From Gammaproteobacteria bacterium (GTDB lineage: Bacteria > Pseudomonadota > Gammaproteobacteria > Arenicellales > Poriferihabitantaceae), in the NCBI GenBank assembly GCA_028817405.1, contig JAPPPS010000130.1:6345-70344 (forward strand): a stretch of 64,000 nt of DNA, in the 5' to 3' direction. A model generated the notes under the pieces. It was not told the DNA's origin. It was given only the letters and a program-made list of their open reading frames with translations, and did not search any database. Position 1 is the first letter of the stretch; every line of letters begins with the position of its first letter. Below are positions 62,880 to 64,000 of this stretch, piece by piece. Both the position numbers and the translations under genes were made by a program.

Positions 62880-64000
62880 ATGGTCGCGATGATTCGGCGT
62901 TTGCCAGGCCGGCGTTTTTTGCCGCGGCGTTTTGCGTTGCCGCGGTTGCAATTCCGCGCCATGTTGTTGGCCGCGGTCACCGTCACCGTCGCGAGCATCA
63001 CCGTGGCGTGGTCACCAACCGCCGCCGCGCATCACCTCCTGCCGCAGCACCACCTGCAGTGCAGCGCGAACTTCCCGTGCCCGCCGGAGATTCGCCCGCG
63101 CGTGCATTTTTGGATTGAAGTGTTTCGCAGTTGGGGGCAGGGCGTCGCGGTGCTGCACGACCCGGCCCGGCCGGAGCGCGTGTATGCGGTGGTCGACACC
63201 GGCCACGGTTGCAACCGCCCGGCCCGCGCGCAAATCAAACGCGAGCGCGAACGGGTGCGCCAATCGTTGCGCCAAGTGGCGGGGAAAATCGAAGCCGGTC
63301 ACGAAATCACCTCCACCGGCGAACGCCACTTGGCGGCGTTGTTCCCGGCCAACGGCGCGCGCGAAATTCGCGCCGCGGCGCGCGACATCCGCTGCCAAAG
63401 CGGCGTGCGCGACAGTTTTTTGCGCGGCTTGGCCGGCTACGAGAAGCACCGTCCGATGGTGAGTCGCATCTTGGCGGAGAACGGTTTGCCGGCCGAAATT
63501 CGCTACCTGCCGTTCGTGGAATCGTCATACAACCCGGCCGCGTATTCCAAGGCCGGCGCGGCCGGCATCTGGCAAATCATGCCGAAAACCGCGCGCCATC
63601 TCGGCTTGGAACTCAGCGCCACATTGGACGAGCGCCTCGACCCGGAGGCCGCCACCCGCGCCGCGGCCGCGTACTTAAAACGCGCCGACAGCGCGCTGAC
63701 CGCGGTCGCGCGCGAGACCCGGCCCGGCATCGGCCGCGCGCAGTTGAACCCGTTCATCATCACCTCCTACAACTACGGCGTGACCGGCATGAAGCGCGCC
63801 ATGCGCAAGGTTGGCCCCGACTTTATGCGCGTGCTGGACCGGTACAAATCGCCGCGGTTCCAAATCGCGGTGAAGAATTTCTACGCCAGTTTTCTCGCCG
63901 CGCGGCATGTCGCGCGCAACGCCGACGCGTATTTCGGCGCGCGCTCGGTGGCCACGGCCGCGGCCGCGCGCGAGCAAACCGTGCTGCTGCGGCATGCGGT
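62880..64000 (+). CDS. lytic murein transglycosylase (MltD-like), truncated by window end
   Basis: manual translation: ...LPFVESSYNPAAYSKAGAAGIWQIMP...DERLDP...SYNYG. Confidence 0.85.
   Translation, partial: MVAMIRRLPGRRFLPRRFALPRLQFRAMLLAAVTVTVASITVAWSPTAAAHHLLPQHHLQCSANFPCPPEIRPRVHFWIEVFRSWGQGVAVLHDPARPERVYAVVDTGHGCNRPARAQIKRERERVRQSLRQVAGKIEAGHEITSTGERHLAALFPANGAREIRAAARDIRCQSGVRDSFLRGLAGYEKHRPMVSRILAENGLPAEIRYLPFVESSYNPAAYSKAGAAGIWQIMPKTARHLGLELSATLDERLDPEAATRAAAAYLKRADSALTAVARETRPGIGRAQLNPFIITSYNYGVTGMKRAMRKVGPDFMRVLDRYKSPRFQIAVKNFYASFLAARHVARNADAYFGARSVATAAAAREQTVLLRHA

Overview
GC-rich (by eye about two-thirds G+C) proteobacterial chromosome segment, most likely a gammaproteobacterium. 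A host-associated marine lifestyle is plausible but is inference only. The backbone is housekeeping and transport genes: aroE, an RND pump, nagZ, gmk-rpoZ-spoT, glnE, amtB-glnK, ilvE, waaF, a sugar ABC/GMC/afr cluster, metF-like, dprA-smg-topB, guaB-guaA-tadA, a polyamine ABC transporter, a Rieske oxygenase, lpxL, an SLC13 permease and a partial lytic transglycosylase. There are three lower-GC accessory insertions. (1) A YaaA-like gene with a C-terminal HEPN-like RxxxxH motif, translationally coupled to gmk. (2) A ~5.4 kb island (16.0-21.4 kb) of short same-strand genes, punctuated and bracketed by a REP-like palindrome family; it holds an IS481-type remnant and two MORN-repeat paralogs. (3) A BsoBI/AvaI-type restriction-modification pair inserted seamlessly between guaB and guaA. 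Window-wide oddities are pervasive in-frame (CCGTCR)n-type repeat insertions in conserved proteins, strong apparent avoidance of GATC/AGCT/ACGT, several leaderless-looking promoters, and a PII protein lacking key 2-oxoglutarate-binding residues. No rRNA, tRNA or CRISPR array was seen. All family assignments come from recalled motifs, not database searches.
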